64,000 nt of DNA. Source: a virus. The stretch lies in IMG/VR virus record IMGVR_UViG_3300020468_000003, positions 32,001 through 96,000 of that record; one strand, given 5' to 3'. Of the stretch, positions 53,201-64,000 are shown in pieces (position 1 is the first letter of the stretch; every line of letters starts with the position of its first letter). Below the pieces are notes generated by a model. That model ran no database searches. It saw only the letters and a list, made by a program, of their open reading frames with translations, and was not told the origin of the DNA. The position numbers and the translations under genes were made by a program.

Positions 53201-56200
53201 TTAGTTATTTAGTCTTTGTTCTAATGAATCAACTTTTGCGTTGAGTTCTTTAATTGCTTCCACAAGTAGTGGAACAACTCTATCATAATCAACAGCAAGA
53301 TATCCATTCTTACGTGTTGTAACTGCTTCTGGTAAAACTTCTTCAAGTTCCTGTGCAATCACACCAACATCTTTACCAGTCTTTCCAGACTTTTCATTCC
53401 AATCATATGTGTTACCACTGATTGATATAACTTTAGCAAGAGGATCATCAATAGGAGTAATGTTATCTTTCAGTCTAGCATCAGATGTGTAGAAAGCAGT
53501 AATGTCTCCTTCCACATTCAAGTCTGATGTCATAGTGGTAACAGTGCTTATAGAAACACTACTTCCAATTGCAGCACTTATAACAAGATCTCCACCTCTA
53601 GTGTCAATGGTTGTAGTACCACCAACACCAAGTCTAATTCCATCAATGTATGCTGATTCAAATGCTTGATCTTCCTTACCAACGTATGCTCCTTTATCAA
53701 CATCAGGAATAATTCCTGTCTCAACAATAATTTCATCGCCAAATGTTGCTTTACCAGAAATACCAACTCCACCTGCAACAACTAGAGCACCAGTTGTTTT
53801 ACTTGTTGATGGTGTAGTATCATCTAATTTAAGAACTCCAGTGATTGTTCCTGTATTTCTAAGTCTAACTTCTTTATTGAATGTTACAGGACCATCAAAC
53901 TGAGATAGTACCGTTCCAGACTTACCACCCTCAACTCTTAATCTTTCTTTGATTAATACTTCATCAAATACAACACTTAATCTACCAACTTCTTGTCCTG
54001 TTACAGTAGGAGATGGAACATCAAATGTTCTTTCTTGTCCAGTTGCAGAACTGGATTTCTTATTACCTATGAAGAAATCTCCTTCGCTGTTCATACCAGT
54101 ATAAACAACAACACCTGCAGATTTCTTCTGAGATTGTGCTAAGAAGGACTCTACCTCTGTTAGAGTTCTTACTTGTACTTGAGGTAAACCTGTGGAATAG
54201 TTACCTGGACCAAAACCAAGATATTCAAATGTATGTGCAGAAGCACGAATAATAGAAGGTCTTCTAAGTTCAATTGCTTTTGGTTTTATTTTCTTAGCAA
54301 TTGATCCTGAAGCATGATTTTCTTTTGGAGTTCCAAATACACCACGAATAACATTTAATTCATTAGTATTAGTTCCACTAAATGAGGAATTAGAAATCCT
54401 CATTATTTCATTATCAATCTGAATATATGAACCAACAGGGAATTGATTTAGAGTTGCAATACCACAAAGAGTTGAATCAGAAACAGCAACAGTATCTCCG
54501 TCTGAAATTGGTACATGAAGGAAGAACTTATCTAAGTCGTATGTTGGTATGCCTCTGGTTCCTAAATTCTCTGTTGTACTATCAGAAGCAGCATTATTTG
54601 CATCAAAACCATGAGGTAACAAGTATGAGGTAGATGATAAAGTATCTGATGTTTTAACTGTGAATGTAGTAACACCAACTTTTTCATTAACAACAAAGAC
54701 TCCTAATTTATTATTACTTGAATCTTTAAATTCAACTTTAGATCCTGCAGTTAAAGCATGTGCAAAATCAGTAGTAAAGGTTGTAATACCTAAAACTGGT
54801 CCTGCAACTGTGTTTACATGAACAGAAGGTCCTAAGTTTAGTAAATACTGTCCTGAATGAATTTCTATATCACCTGCAGTTAGAGCAATTGAAACTTGAT
54901 TCTTAGCAGGTATTGAAGCAATCTTATAATATCCTTCTCCAGTTGTTCCAATTCCTGTTATTTGAACAGTATCTCCTATGTTTGTAGAGATACCAGAAGA
55001 AGATATTGTAACTCCTGCACCTGTACCAGAACCTAAAACTGATGTATCAAAGTCTAATTCTTCAGCATCAGTATATCCAGATCCTCTAGAGATGAAATCT
55101 ACATCTGTTATAGTACCACCTGTACCGACTGTAACTTTTGCAGTCGCACCATCCCAAGTTGTGGTTCCATTATTAAGTAACTTAACATTATAATGTACAC
55201 CCTCGTTATAACCACTACCACCTGCAAATGAACTATAAGTAGTTACACCTGAGAATCCATGTTCTCTATCAAGAGTAACAGTTGCAACTCCCGCATTTAC
55301 ACTAGTGAAGACTGTTGTTACACCAGTTATTTTTTTACCAATACCAAAATCTTCTACAAATGAATCTAAGGTTTCTCTTGTTATACTCTTAGTAAGATCG
55401 TTAGATACAACTTCTCCAATTGGAGCTCTTTTTGCAAAGGACTTCATTGGACCAGGATTATCATTTACATTATCCTTATCTAATTCTGGATAAAGATTAG
55501 TAACATTTTGACTGTATTTGAAATCTGTAAATTCTTCAGTTAATGCATTATCAGAATTTAAAACATAACCATGATAAACACCATCTTGAACGTCCTTAAT
55601 ATAATCTGCAATTACCTCTGAACGATAAACATAATAATTTCTCTTAGTATCGTTCTTTTGGAATCTTGGTAAGTTTAAGTTTCTTGATGAAGTATCGCTG
55701 TTAAACACTCCTGGTGTATGAACAATACTATCAACATCGGTACTTGAATATGTAAATTCATGATCATTTACAATACCAGTTACAGTAAATCTTCCGTTAT
55801 ATCCTAAATTATTTGCACCACCAGTATTAGTTGTACTTCTTACATTTACAATATTAACTAAGTTACCTGTATTCAACTGGTGTGGAATTTCTGAAGTTAC
55901 GGTTACAACACCTGCACTTCCTGAAATACATGTACTGATGAATCTTGTATTTCTATCAAAGTCATAATCTGTAGAACCAATACTTACTCTTGATGAATCA
56001 GCATCATTTCTATATCCAGTAGAGCTAGACTCTTGGATAATAAAGGTTTCAGATGGTTGTTTAGCATTCTCAGCATCTTTTGGAACAACAATTCTAACTT
56101 TATATAATTTTTCATCTAAACTTCTTGAATCATCTGTTCTTACAACAAAACTGTTATCAGTTGTTTGTGAAAGGGTAGAAACTCCATTTGTATTTAATGC

Positions 56201-58480
56201 ACTGTAAATACTATTACCATGTGTACTATGGATATACCAGTTACTAACATTAGAGTCAAACTGAACTGGATGTCCAACATCTCCTGCACTCTTATCAGAA
56301 ACTCTACTGGTTATTGTTAAATTACTTCCACCATATACTGTAACTGCTGAATTACTATCTGCAGCTGCTTTAGATGATGCTAATTTAATTGTAGTAGAAC
56401 TTTCTTTAATTGCGTAATAAAGTCTATTAGGGACTAAGTTTTCTGGTAGATCACCATTGCTACTCTTAATAACAACACTTTCTCCAGTTAAAAGATTATG
56501 GGTTCCAATAGTGAATATATTACTAACAGGTCCAGAGATTACAGGAAACTCTTTAAATGCTATACTAATACCAAGGGAAGTTGTTCCTCCACTAACAGTA
56601 TTATCTAACATACAAATGTCAGAAGTAAATGTACCAATACCAGCACCTAGGTTAACAGAAAGAGAATCATTTACTTTTGCACCAACTCTATAACCCTGTG
56701 TTAATACTGGAGGAGCATCATCAAAGTTATTAAAACCAAAGAGATATAATTGACTTGAAATACCAACTGCTGTGGTAAGACCAACATCTAAAGACTGCCA
56801 ATCTACATTTGTTTCAGATTCGCTTATTGACCTTGGTGTTATAATAGATGTTATGTAAGATTTGTTATCTTTGTCAAACGCAGCTTTCCTAAATCCATCT
56901 GAAGCAAGTGAGAACTGTCCAAAGTTGGAGTTAGAGTTAGTAACGGAAGCATCACCACCACTCGAAGTTTCAAAATGCTTATTGAATCCAATCGCAAACA
57001 CAGAAACAATCTGCATGACAGCATCATTGGATATTTTAATATGAGTGGTATCAAATCCTTTTCTATAGACTGCATCAGAATCTAAATGATATACCTTTGC
57101 TTTATCTAATGAAGATGCACCAGATGATAGTTCTGCACCTGTTTTCTTACTTATAGATCTTCCTTCGTAACTTCTTGTTGCTTCATTATATTTTACAAAT
57201 GCACGATCATCCTTTTGTAGTGATATGCCAGTAAACTGGGCAACAACCATTGAACGGAAACCAGATGCTTTTGATCCGTCTGCATGCATACCTTGCATAC
57301 CAAATACAGATCTCAATGAAATATTAAAGATATAAGGAGAAGCACCAGAAACTGTATCAGTTTCAATTGTTACTACTGCACCACTAACATCGGGTATAGT
57401 TAAGAGGTTAGGTTGAACGTATGGTAAAAGATATGTAAAAGTTTTACTGTTAACTATACTTTGAACTTTAGTTGATATATTATAATCGTTTACGTTATCT
57501 GGAACTCCAACTCCATCAATCTTAACGGGAGTACCTTCATTAAATCCATGATCCAATACAGTAGTAACTGTTATAACAGGTCCTGCTGTTCCACCACTAC
57601 CAGATTCAATTCTAGCAATTGATAGAGGATCTGCAGCAAATGCACCTACAATTTCCCATTCTGGTCTTTGTTTCGCAAATGCATCTGGATCATCAGGATA
57701 CTTCTCTGGAATATTTCTTATAGAACTGAATGCGTTTGACAGTTTACTATAATACATGTCAAGGTCAGTTATATCATAACCAGAAACCTTATTAACACCA
57801 TCAGCATATTCAAAACAAGTTAGTTTATGGTGAGAGAAACTTGGTTTTGAACGGTTAGTTGTTGAAAAATCAATTGGATCGGTATATACAGTTCCTAATT
57901 CATTACCATCAAATATTGAGAACTGCCAGAAATAAGATGTACCAGTTATTCTAAAAATAGCAGATGCAGCAACATTTGTATCTGTTGGGTTTGGAATATA
58001 CTTCGGTCTTATCTTTGTTTTTCTTAAATCTAATCCAACAAGTGATGTACCACGAGGAACAATTACACCACCATTTACACTATTAAACTTATATAATTGG
58101 TTTTCTACCTGATTTAAATCGAAGTTTGAATCTAAATTTAAAGCAATTTCTTCAGAAGGTGGAGAGTTTGTACCAGATGGAGAAGTAACTCTTACACCCA
58201 AACTTGCATCGTTAAAGATTGCAAAACCAGGTCTATTATCTATAACATGCTCTCCTGGAAAAAGCAATATTGTAGTTTGTTCTATTTTATCGTTATTATT
58301 TCCTTTAAGATATGAAAATCTAGCAGACTCTATTAATGCCCTTTGTATAGTTTTAAAAGGTTTAGCAAGAGAATTTCCTTGGTTTTCAATACTATCGGTG
58401 GCTTCAAGATCATTTGGATTGACATAAAGTGTCCTTCCATCGGTGTTCTTGATAAAATTATCTAATTTATTAAGTGGCAT
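53201..58480 (-). CDS. Long tail fibre-like protein with C-terminal intramolecular chaperone (peptidase S74)
   Basis: 1759 aa; PFKTIQRAL N-terminal motif; C-terminal SDARLKDNI...GVIAQE...AVDY...L..L.EAIKEL. Confidence 0.85.
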   Translation of the reverse strand: MPLNKLDNFIKNTDGRTLYVNPNDLEATDSIENQGNSLAKPFKTIQRALIESARFSYLKGNNNDKIEQTTILLFPGEHVIDNRPGFAIFNDASLGVRVTSPSGTNSPPSEEIALNLDSNFDLNQVENQLYKFNSVNGGVIVPRGTSLVGLDLRKTKIRPKYIPNPTDTNVAASAIFRITGTSYFWQFSIFDGNELGTVYTDPIDFSTTNRSKPSFSHHKLTCFEYADGVNKVSGYDITDLDMYYSKLSNAFSSIRNIPEKYPDDPDAFAKQRPEWEIVGAFAADPLSIARIESGSGGTAGPVITVTTVLDHGFNEGTPVKIDGVGVPDNVNDYNISTKVQSIVNSKTFTYLLPYVQPNLLTIPDVSGAVVTIETDTVSGASPYIFNISLRSVFGMQGMHADGSKASGFRSMVVAQFTGISLQKDDRAFVKYNEATRSYEGRSISKKTGAELSSGASSLDKAKVYHLDSDAVYRKGFDTTHIKISNDAVMQIVSVFAIGFNKHFETSSGGDASVTNSNSNFGQFSLASDGFRKAAFDKDNKSYITSIITPRSISESETNVDWQSLDVGLTTAVGISSQLYLFGFNNFDDAPPVLTQGYRVGAKVNDSLSVNLGAGIGTFTSDICMLDNTVSGGTTSLGISIAFKEFPVISGPVSNIFTIGTHNLLTGESVVIKSSNGDLPENLVPNRLYYAIKESSTTIKLASSKAAADSNSAVTVYGGSNLTITSRVSDKSAGDVGHPVQFDSNVSNWYIHSTHGNSIYSALNTNGVSTLSQTTDNSFVVRTDDSRSLDEKLYKVRIVVPKDAENAKQPSETFIIQESSSTGYRNDADSSRVSIGSTDYDFDRNTRFISTCISGSAGVVTVTSEIPHQLNTGNLVNIVNVRSTTNTGGANNLGYNGRFTVTGIVNDHEFTYSSTDVDSIVHTPGVFNSDTSSRNLNLPRFQKNDTKRNYYVYRSEVIADYIKDVQDGVYHGYVLNSDNALTEEFTDFKYSQNVTNLYPELDKDNVNDNPGPMKSFAKRAPIGEVVSNDLTKSITRETLDSFVEDFGIGKKITGVTTVFTSVNAGVATVTLDREHGFSGVTTYSSFAGGSGYNEGVHYNVKLLNNGTTTWDGATAKVTVGTGGTITDVDFISRGSGYTDAEELDFDTSVLGSGTGAGVTISSSGISTNIGDTVQITGIGTTGEGYYKIASIPAKNQVSIALTAGDIEIHSGQYLLNLGPSVHVNTVAGPVLGITTFTTDFAHALTAGSKVEFKDSSNNKLGVFVVNEKVGVTTFTVKTSDTLSSTSYLLPHGFDANNAASDSTTENLGTRGIPTYDLDKFFLHVPISDGDTVAVSDSTLCGIATLNQFPVGSYIQIDNEIMRISNSSFSGTNTNELNVIRGVFGTPKENHASGSIAKKIKPKAIELRRPSIIRASAHTFEYLGFGPGNYSTGLPQVQVRTLTEVESFLAQSQKKSAGVVVYTGMNSEGDFFIGNKKSSSATGQERTFDVPSPTVTGQEVGRLSVVFDEVLIKERLRVEGGKSGTVLSQFDGPVTFNKEVRLRNTGTITGVLKLDDTTPSTSKTTGALVVAGGVGISGKATFGDEIIVETGIIPDVDKGAYVGKEDQAFESAYIDGIRLGVGGTTTIDTRGGDLVISAAIGSSVSISTVTTMTSDLNVEGDITAFYTSDARLKDNITPIDDPLAKVISISGNTYDWNEKSGKTGKDVGVIAQELEEVLPEAVTTRKNGYLAVDYDRVVPLLVEAIKELNAKVDSLEQRLNN

Positions 58481-58564
58481 TGTCGTTCACGACCATGAGA
58501 TTTCTATATTTTATTTATGGTAGTAGAAGTTACCCTACTTTCATAATATACTATAAAACCAGTA

Positions 58565-58738
58565 TCAAAGGTCTGAATGGGTTTGCATTTCAAACCACTC
58601 TTCTTCGGTTTCGGCTTGTTTCACTAATACTGATGCTTTACCAGCACTATCTAAAATTCCAATAAGTTCACCATCTTTAGCTCTGGCGATCATTTCATCT
58701 TGGTTTTCTTCAAATTCTTGAGTTGTTAGGATTTCCAT
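58565..58738 (-). CDS. Phd/YefM-like antitoxin-fold small protein (57 aa)
   Basis: Hand-translated MEILTTQEFEENQDEMIARAKDGELIGILDSAGKASVLVKQAETEEEWFEMQTHSDL*. Confidence 0.55.
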   Translation of the reverse strand: MEILTTQEFEENQDEMIARAKDGELIGILDSAGKASVLVKQAETEEEWFEMQTHSDL

Positions 58739-58739
58739 T

Positions 58740-58940
58740 TTACTGATTACTCAACGATAGGTCTGCATATTCAATTTGATCTGTGGGTAAGTATTCTTTA
58801 CAGACTTTCAATACCCCCAAAAATTCATCCGTATTGTCGCATTGTATTAATTTTTCATCAGACTCGCTACCAAGTAACAAAAATGTCTTAGCGCAAAGGT
58901 CTATGATCACACGATCAACGAATTCATTAGGATCTTTCAT
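58740..58940 (-). CDS. Conserved cyanophage hypothetical protein
   Basis: 66 aa; promoter TTGACA-N17-TATACT at 58963-58991. Confidence 0.7.
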   Translation of the reverse strand: MKDPNEFVDRVIIDLCAKTFLLLGSESDEKLIQCDNTDEFLGVLKVCKEYLPTDQIEYADLSLSNQ

Positions 58941-58997
58941 CCATGTTTTCTAAAGTACTACCAGTATATAGCACTAGGAGTATTATGTCAACAGTAA

Positions 58998-59540
58998 TTA
59001 TAACCCTAAAAGAGTTCTTAATTCTGCAGTTGTAAGTCCAACATTTTCAAGTTTTTGTGCTGCGGTTAGAGTAGATGCAGTAGAAACAATACTCCATGCA
59101 TTGGTAAGTCCTATTCCCGCATCAGCACCTCCAGTTGCTGTGTCCCATGATAATGCAGTTTGACGCAGTATTACAGGTGGAGTAAATGTGGTTACTCCTG
59201 CAGGAACAGGTCCCCATGGACTTGTAACAACTACAACTGATCCTATTGTTGCAGCATCAACAGAATAATAATTTCCACTGAGATCATCAATTTGACTCCA
59301 AGTTTGAGCACCTTCATCAAATACTCTAATTTTATTAAGTTCTGCTTCAGGTGGTGTTACTGGAGTAGTAAATGCAGGTGCATTATAATATGTGGGATTA
59401 TCTGGTGCAGATGCTTTTTCTAATACACCAATAAGCTCCTTGTTAGTCTCACCGTAACTATACAGTGGGCAAGTGTTTTCAGCATCTACGGTAATAGTGC
59501 GTTCTACACCATCATAAGTTTTACAGGTTACGGTTGCCAT
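58998..59540 (-). CDS. Tail fibre assembly (Tfa)-like protein
   Basis: Follows the collar-domain fibre; YSY...KEL.G...PAFTT..TPP...FDE....W pattern. Confidence 0.55.
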   Translation of the reverse strand: MATVTCKTYDGVERTITVDAENTCPLYSYGETNKELIGVLEKASAPDNPTYYNAPAFTTPVTPPEAELNKIRVFDEGAQTWSQIDDLSGNYYSVDAATIGSVVVVTSPWGPVPAGVTTFTPPVILRQTALSWDTATGGADAGIGLTNAWSIVSTASTLTAAQKLENVGLTTAELRTLLGL

Positions 59541-59581
59541 ATCCTTTTATAACAATTATCTAGAAGTTTGATTACACCTAT

Positions 59582-62221
59582 TTATGTTTTTATAATAGGC
59601 AAGAAATTAATATTTCGTGGTCTGGTCTCTGAACCATTGTTTCCACCATTTGTAGCGTTAGGTGTACCACCTTCAACATTTCTGATGAAACTAGAATCAT
59701 CTGCAGCTGGTCTATCATTAACACCACCACTCCAATCACTATTTCCAAGAGCATGAATTGGTATATCATGAGTATGAGTTTGGAATTGATGTTGCTGACT
59801 TGATGCAAAAGCTCTACCACTATCTACACCTTTACTATCATCATATCCTCTAATAAATTCTCCACGAAGATCGGGAACATTAAAGTTCTGTCCACTTCCA
59901 CCATATTGAAATCCAATAACATTATATAAGTCTTGATATTGTCCAGATGCAGGGAAATTACTTACATTACCATATGAAGAACCATCACAATATAAGAATC
60001 CAGAAGGAGGAGTTGGATAATTTCCACCACCTTTATCCGCAGCATACCATACAATACTACCTGTGACAACACCACCAACTGCACCAGTACCCTGAATACC
60101 TTGTACTCCCTGAATACCTTGAATACCCTGTCCACCAACAACACCACTAATACCCTGATTACCCTGTAATCCTTGAATACCTTGAGATCCTGTAATTCCT
60201 TGGATACCTTGATTACCTGCACCAGTATCTCCTTGAACACCTTGACGACCCTGTATACCCTGAAGACCCTGAATACCTTGAACACCTTGAGTTCCATCTG
60301 GTCCTTGAATACCTAAAAGACCTTGTATACCTTGTATACCTTGAGAACCTACACCATTATCTCCCTGTATTCCCTGTCCACCCTGTATACCCTGTATACC
60401 CTGAATACCTTGAGCACCATCAGCACCATTGTTACCTTGAATACCTTGAATACCTTGGATACCCTGCTCTCCTTGAATACCTTGAATACCTTGAATACCC
60501 TGATAACCTTGAATACCTTGTCTACCTTGAACACCTTGTTGTCCTTGAGGACCTTCTCCACCCTGAACACCCTGAACACCTTGAGCACCAACACCCTGAA
60601 TTCCTTGAATACCTTGAATACCTTGGTCACCTTGTGCACCAGTTGTTCCTTGCAGACCCTGAAGACCTTGATTACCTTGAATACCCTGAACACCCTGAAT
60701 ACCTTGATAACCCTGTCTACCTTGTAAACCTTGTGTACCTTGTCTACCCTGAATACCTTGGATACCCTGAATACCTTGAGATGCTTGGTTTCCCTGTGCA
60801 CCAGAAATACCTTGGATACCTTGGTTTCCTGTAGTTCCTTGAGTACCTTGTCTACCCTGTCTACCTTGATTACCTTGCCTACCTTGTGTTCCTTGAACAC
60901 CTTGAATACCCTGAATACCTTGTTGTCCCTGAACACCCTGAACACCTGCAGCACCTATACCTTGTAATCCCTGTATTCCTTGTGCACCTCTTATACCTTG
61001 TTGACCAGTTGTTCCCTGTGCAGCTTGAGTTCCTTGTAAACCTTGAGTTCCTTGTTGTCCCTGAATACCCTGAAGACCTTGGAAAGTAGCATCTTCAATA
61101 GATATCTTTCTAACATTATCATTACCTGCATCATATAATAATAGTAAATCATTTTGACCATCTGCACTTGTAGTTAATACTTGTTCTGTTATTGCCTTCT
61201 TACTTACTTTACCATCAAAGATAGATGCAGTAGACATTCCTGAAACAAATGATCCACCATCTACAGTTAAATCCGAAGTAGAGACTGCAGCACCAATTAC
61301 AATTTGATCACTAAAAGTTGATACTCCTACAAAACTTGAAACACCTGTTACTACTAAATTTTTTGTTTCAGTAGTTTCAGAGAACTTTGAACTACCAACG
61401 ACTTCAAATATAACTTCTGGAAACTGAGTTCCTATTCCTATTCTATCGTTTGTATAATCATACCAAAAAACATCAGCACCACCAACAGTTCCTGATGCAC
61501 TATGATATTGAATTTGAGATATTGTTCCACCTGCACCAGAGGTAACTGCGTTTGCAGTCTGCCATTGCATTCCACCTGCAGCAGTTTTGACTAGAAGTTC
61601 TCCCGTACTTCCTGTCCCGTCTGCAGCATCAACGATAGTTCCACTAATTTTTACATTTCCTACAATATCTAAATCATACTTTGGTATAGCACTTCCGATA
61701 CCAATATTACCATTAGTCTTAGAAGATAATATTGTTCCACCAACACCAATTTGAAAAACATCTGTTGCAGTTACTATTCCTGAGTTATTAACTAAAAGAT
61801 ATGGAGATCCTGCAAAACTACCATCATCATTAAATATAATTTGACTCGCACTACCTGGTGGAGATATAGTAATTGTAGATATTGATCCAAAATTATTTGC
61901 AGTTACATTTACAATATTACCAACAAAATCAAGTTTACTAATACTATTACCAGTACCAACTATTCCACCTTCATCAAAAATAGTTAGACCAGTAGTTAAT
62001 ATACCTGAAGGAGCAACCTGCCAATAACGATCATATTGCCCACCATTTTCAACAGTAACTAACTGATAATATTCATCTCTTATAGGAAGTGTTTTTTCTC
62101 CAACAAAACCTAAATTAGGTTCTGTTTCTTCAGGAGACAAATAAACATGACGATCTGTACCTAAACCAGTTAATGGTGTAAGTTTCCTTCTGCCACTTAA
62201 AAACCTCTCCTTATTCGCCAT
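59582..62221 (-). CDS. Collagen-like tail fibre with C-terminal phage tail-collar domain
   Basis: Long G-X-Q triplet tract; GSIVWYA...PSGFLYCDG...[13 protein letters not shown] collar motif. Confidence 0.88.
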   Translation of the reverse strand: MANKERFLSGRRKLTPLTGLGTDRHVYLSPEETEPNLGFVGEKTLPIRDEYYQLVTVENGGQYDRYWQVAPSGILTTGLTIFDEGGIVGTGNSISKLDFVGNIVNVTANNFGSISTITISPPGSASQIIFNDDGSFAGSPYLLVNNSGIVTATDVFQIGVGGTILSSKTNGNIGIGSAIPKYDLDIVGNVKISGTIVDAADGTGSTGELLVKTAAGGMQWQTANAVTSGAGGTISQIQYHSASGTVGGADVFWYDYTNDRIGIGTQFPEVIFEVVGSSKFSETTETKNLVVTGVSSFVGVSTFSDQIVIGAAVSTSDLTVDGGSFVSGMSTASIFDGKVSKKAITEQVLTTSADGQNDLLLLYDAGNDNVRKISIEDATFQGLQGIQGQQGTQGLQGTQAAQGTTGQQGIRGAQGIQGLQGIGAAGVQGVQGQQGIQGIQGVQGTQGRQGNQGRQGRQGTQGTTGNQGIQGISGAQGNQASQGIQGIQGIQGRQGTQGLQGRQGYQGIQGVQGIQGNQGLQGLQGTTGAQGDQGIQGIQGIQGVGAQGVQGVQGGEGPQGQQGVQGRQGIQGYQGIQGIQGIQGEQGIQGIQGIQGNNGADGAQGIQGIQGIQGGQGIQGDNGVGSQGIQGIQGLLGIQGPDGTQGVQGIQGLQGIQGRQGVQGDTGAGNQGIQGITGSQGIQGLQGNQGISGVVGGQGIQGIQGVQGIQGTGAVGGVVTGSIVWYAADKGGGNYPTPPSGFLYCDGSSYGNVSNFPASGQYQDLYNVIGFQYGGSGQNFNVPDLRGEFIRGYDDSKGVDSGRAFASSQQHQFQTHTHDIPIHALGNSDWSGGVNDRPAADDSSFIRNVEGGTPNATNGGNNGSETRPRNINFLPIIKT
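60087..61083 (-). repeat. 9-bp tandem repeat encoding Gly-X-Gln (about 110 triplets)
   Basis: Recurrent ACCTTGAAT/ACCCTGAAT units. Confidence 0.9.
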
Positions 62222-62222
62222 A

Positions 62223-64000
62223 TTATGTTGTACTGTTCTCTAGTATACTTGCAAGAAATTCCATTTGTAATGGTGCAACTAATCCACCAGCCTGAGCACC
62301 AATTTGAAGTGTTACTGTATTTAAAGTCGTAGCACCTACAGCAACTGAAGTATTATATGCAGGATCTTTATTTTCTCTTGGATAGAATTTAGTTACTGTA
62401 TTGTCATCTTTATCGCAAGTAAATCCAATAGATCCAGTTGCTATCTTAACATTTTTTCCAACCATTAATTTATGAGATCCAATAGTTACCACTAAATCTC
62501 CATTTGCAGGATTATATGTTGCATCTGTTGGTGTGTGATATACAAGACTTGAGATACCAACATTAACTGTTATACTATCCGATGTTGTTGATACAATAGG
62601 AATAGAAGTATTATAATATGGATCTGTTGTTCTTGGATAAGAGTGCTCTGAAGCATGATTATCCATGTCACAAGTAAATGTTAGAGAATTTGTAGCAATT
62701 TTAATTGATTCTCCACCTTTCTTCATATCTCCTACAGCATTAACAAAAGTATGAATACCAGTACTTGTAGAAGGATATCCATTAGGTCCTAATACTTGAA
62801 CTTCAAAAGTGTTAGTAGTTACATTTGATATAGGCAACCATTTATTGTTAGCATAATCATTTACTCTTGGATATGCTTTGATATCAGGACCAGTAGTACA
62901 ACTGAACCTTAAAGACTCTGTATTAAATTTTATTCTCTCTCCCGCAGAATACTCATGATTAGCAATAGTAACTGTCATGATTCCTGTAATAGGACTATAT
63001 TCCGCACCTTGTACCGTAGTAGTTACTCCACTCTTCAAACTATGATTTCCAATATTAAGAGTTAATTGTCCTGTTGTTGGTGCATAAGATGCATTTGAAA
63101 CATTATAATTGACAATACTTGATATTCCTACGTTTACAGTGAATGTATTAGTTGTAAATGTTGTAATTCCTAAATTAAAAGCATTATAATTCGGATCACT
63201 TCTTCTTGGATATGCATGATCTGTTGCATTTCCATCCATTGTACATTTAAAAGTAATACCATCAGTAATAATTCCGACTGTATTTGTATCAGTCAATCCA
63301 TGAGAGTTTGCTGTAATTACTAATAATCCAGTTGCTCCATCATAAGTAGCACCTGTAGGAGTAACGTTGCCAGCACCAGTAACTTTTACTGCTCCTGTTT
63401 TTGCACTAACAAATGTATGTGAATAGTCGCCACCCTGTATGACTGCACCAGCTGTTGCACGTACAAACTTATGATTATATGCACCACCAGCTATTATTGA
63501 GCTGGTTGCTGCACTAACAAATGTATGAACAGAATTACCAACGTAAGTATGTGGATATCCAATAGCACCACCAATATTAGCAGAGAATGTTTTTGATATA
63601 CCTACCTCATTAACAATCGTATCAACAACATATGATTGTTGTGGATCTGGGAAGAAGTTAGTGGTAATACCTGTACCACTAGGACATTTAAATTCTAATC
63701 CAGCTAAAGTTATTTCTTGTCCGACACCAAAATTATGTGGTGTTAAAGTTGTAACTGTTACGATACCACTTGGTTCATCATATACCGCACCTGTAACTGA
63801 TACTATACCACTTTGTTTTGCATCAACATATATTTCATCTACTTTTATTGCATCCTTCTCCAATACCAAACGACCATCAATAAGAACAACTGCATCATTT
63901 GGTGGAACTTGTATATCTCTTATAACACGAGTATCTCTAAAATTACCTGTACTTCTTGAAGTTCTTCTATGCCAGAATGTTACTGCAGGATAAGATGCTC
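62223..64000 (-). CDS. Repeat-rich virion structural protein (5' end outside the window)
   Basis: The frame stays open past the ORF-track TTG at 63869 to the window end ([16 protein letters not shown]...); contains F.C..D.....H.YPR..DP repeats. Confidence 0.75.
   Translation of the reverse strand, partial: ASYPAVTFWHRRTSRSTGNFRDTRVIRDIQVPPNDAVVLIDGRLVLEKDAIKVDEIYVDAKQSGIVSVTGAVYDEPSGIVTVTTLTPHNFGVGQEITLAGLEFKCPSGTGITTNFFPDPQQSYVVDTIVNEVGISKTFSANIGGAIGYPHTYVGNSVHTFVSAATSSIIAGGAYNHKFVRATAGAVIQGGDYSHTFVSAKTGAVKVTGAGNVTPTGATYDGATGLLVITANSHGLTDTNTVGIITDGITFKCTMDGNATDHAYPRRSDPNYNAFNLGITTFTTNTFTVNVGISSIVNYNVSNASYAPTTGQLTLNIGNHSLKSGVTTTVQGAEYSPITGIMTVTIANHEYSAGERIKFNTESLRFSCTTGPDIKAYPRVNDYANNKWLPISNVTTNTFEVQVLGPNGYPSTSTGIHTFVNAVGDMKKGGESIKIATNSLTFTCDMDNHASEHSYPRTTDPYYNTSIPIVSTTSDSITVNVGISSLVYHTPTDATYNPANGDLVVTIGSHKLMVGKNVKIATGSIGFTCDKDDNTVTKFYPRENKDPAYNTSVAVGATTLNTVTLQIGAQAGGLVAPLQMEFLASILENSTT

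Noticed and set aside
48354-58480. Diversity-generating retroelement acting on the fibres
   Set aside because: No reverse transcriptase and no template/variable repeat pair were seen in the window
59962-61089. Repetitive ORFs (KVFKVF, TLNTLN, LEYPEY)
   Set aside because: They are alternative-frame and antisense readings of the 9-bp collagen repeat

Overview
This window is part of a T4-like marine cyanophage (cyanomyovirus) genome. Low GC together with ho1, cpeT and cp12 suggests a Prochlorococcus/Synechococcus host (inference). Almost all genes are on the minus strand. (1) 1-15.8 kb is a baseplate wedge block: gp25, gp6 and a giant gp7-like ORF (>4497 aa) that runs off the left edge and is absent from the ORF track. 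(2) 15.8-18.8 kb holds conserved hypotheticals, a GT-A glycosyltransferase-like gene and an AbrB-like gene. (3) 18.9-27.0 kb is an array of about 25 small, mostly acidic early-type genes. It is punctuated by 12 copies of a composite element: a palindromic GTGGACAGT-N7-ACTGTCCAC-like box, a GC hairpin and a -10 hexamer at fixed 32-34 nt spacing. Two more copies sit at 39.1 and 48.0 kb, each in front of a helicase plus methyltransferase module. (4) 27.0-28.9 kb is a strand-switch control region with a CTCG-N-CGAG repeat array, back-to-back promoters sharing one palindromic -35, TGTACTTAT operator-like repeats and the only plus-strand genes (a degenerate HNH with an RHH-like tail, and a 41-aa ORF). 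(5) 28.9-48 kb carries accessory genes: six 2OG-Fe(II) oxygenases, a flavin-dependent halogenase, a helicase-MTase fusion with a complementary half-MTase, cp12, ho1, rmlB-like, cpeT, a PMI cupin, an N4/N6 MTase and an SF2 helicase. (6) 48-64 kb is a tail fibre block: a Cys-rich protein, a gp38-like polyglycine adhesin with a Cys/Trp-rich insert, a second halogenase, fibres (one with an S74 chaperone), a Gly-X-Gln collagen-like fibre with a tail-collar domain, and a repeat-rich structural protein running off the right edge. No tRNA, rRNA or CRISPR array was recognised. All family calls come from motif recognition by eye; no database search was run.
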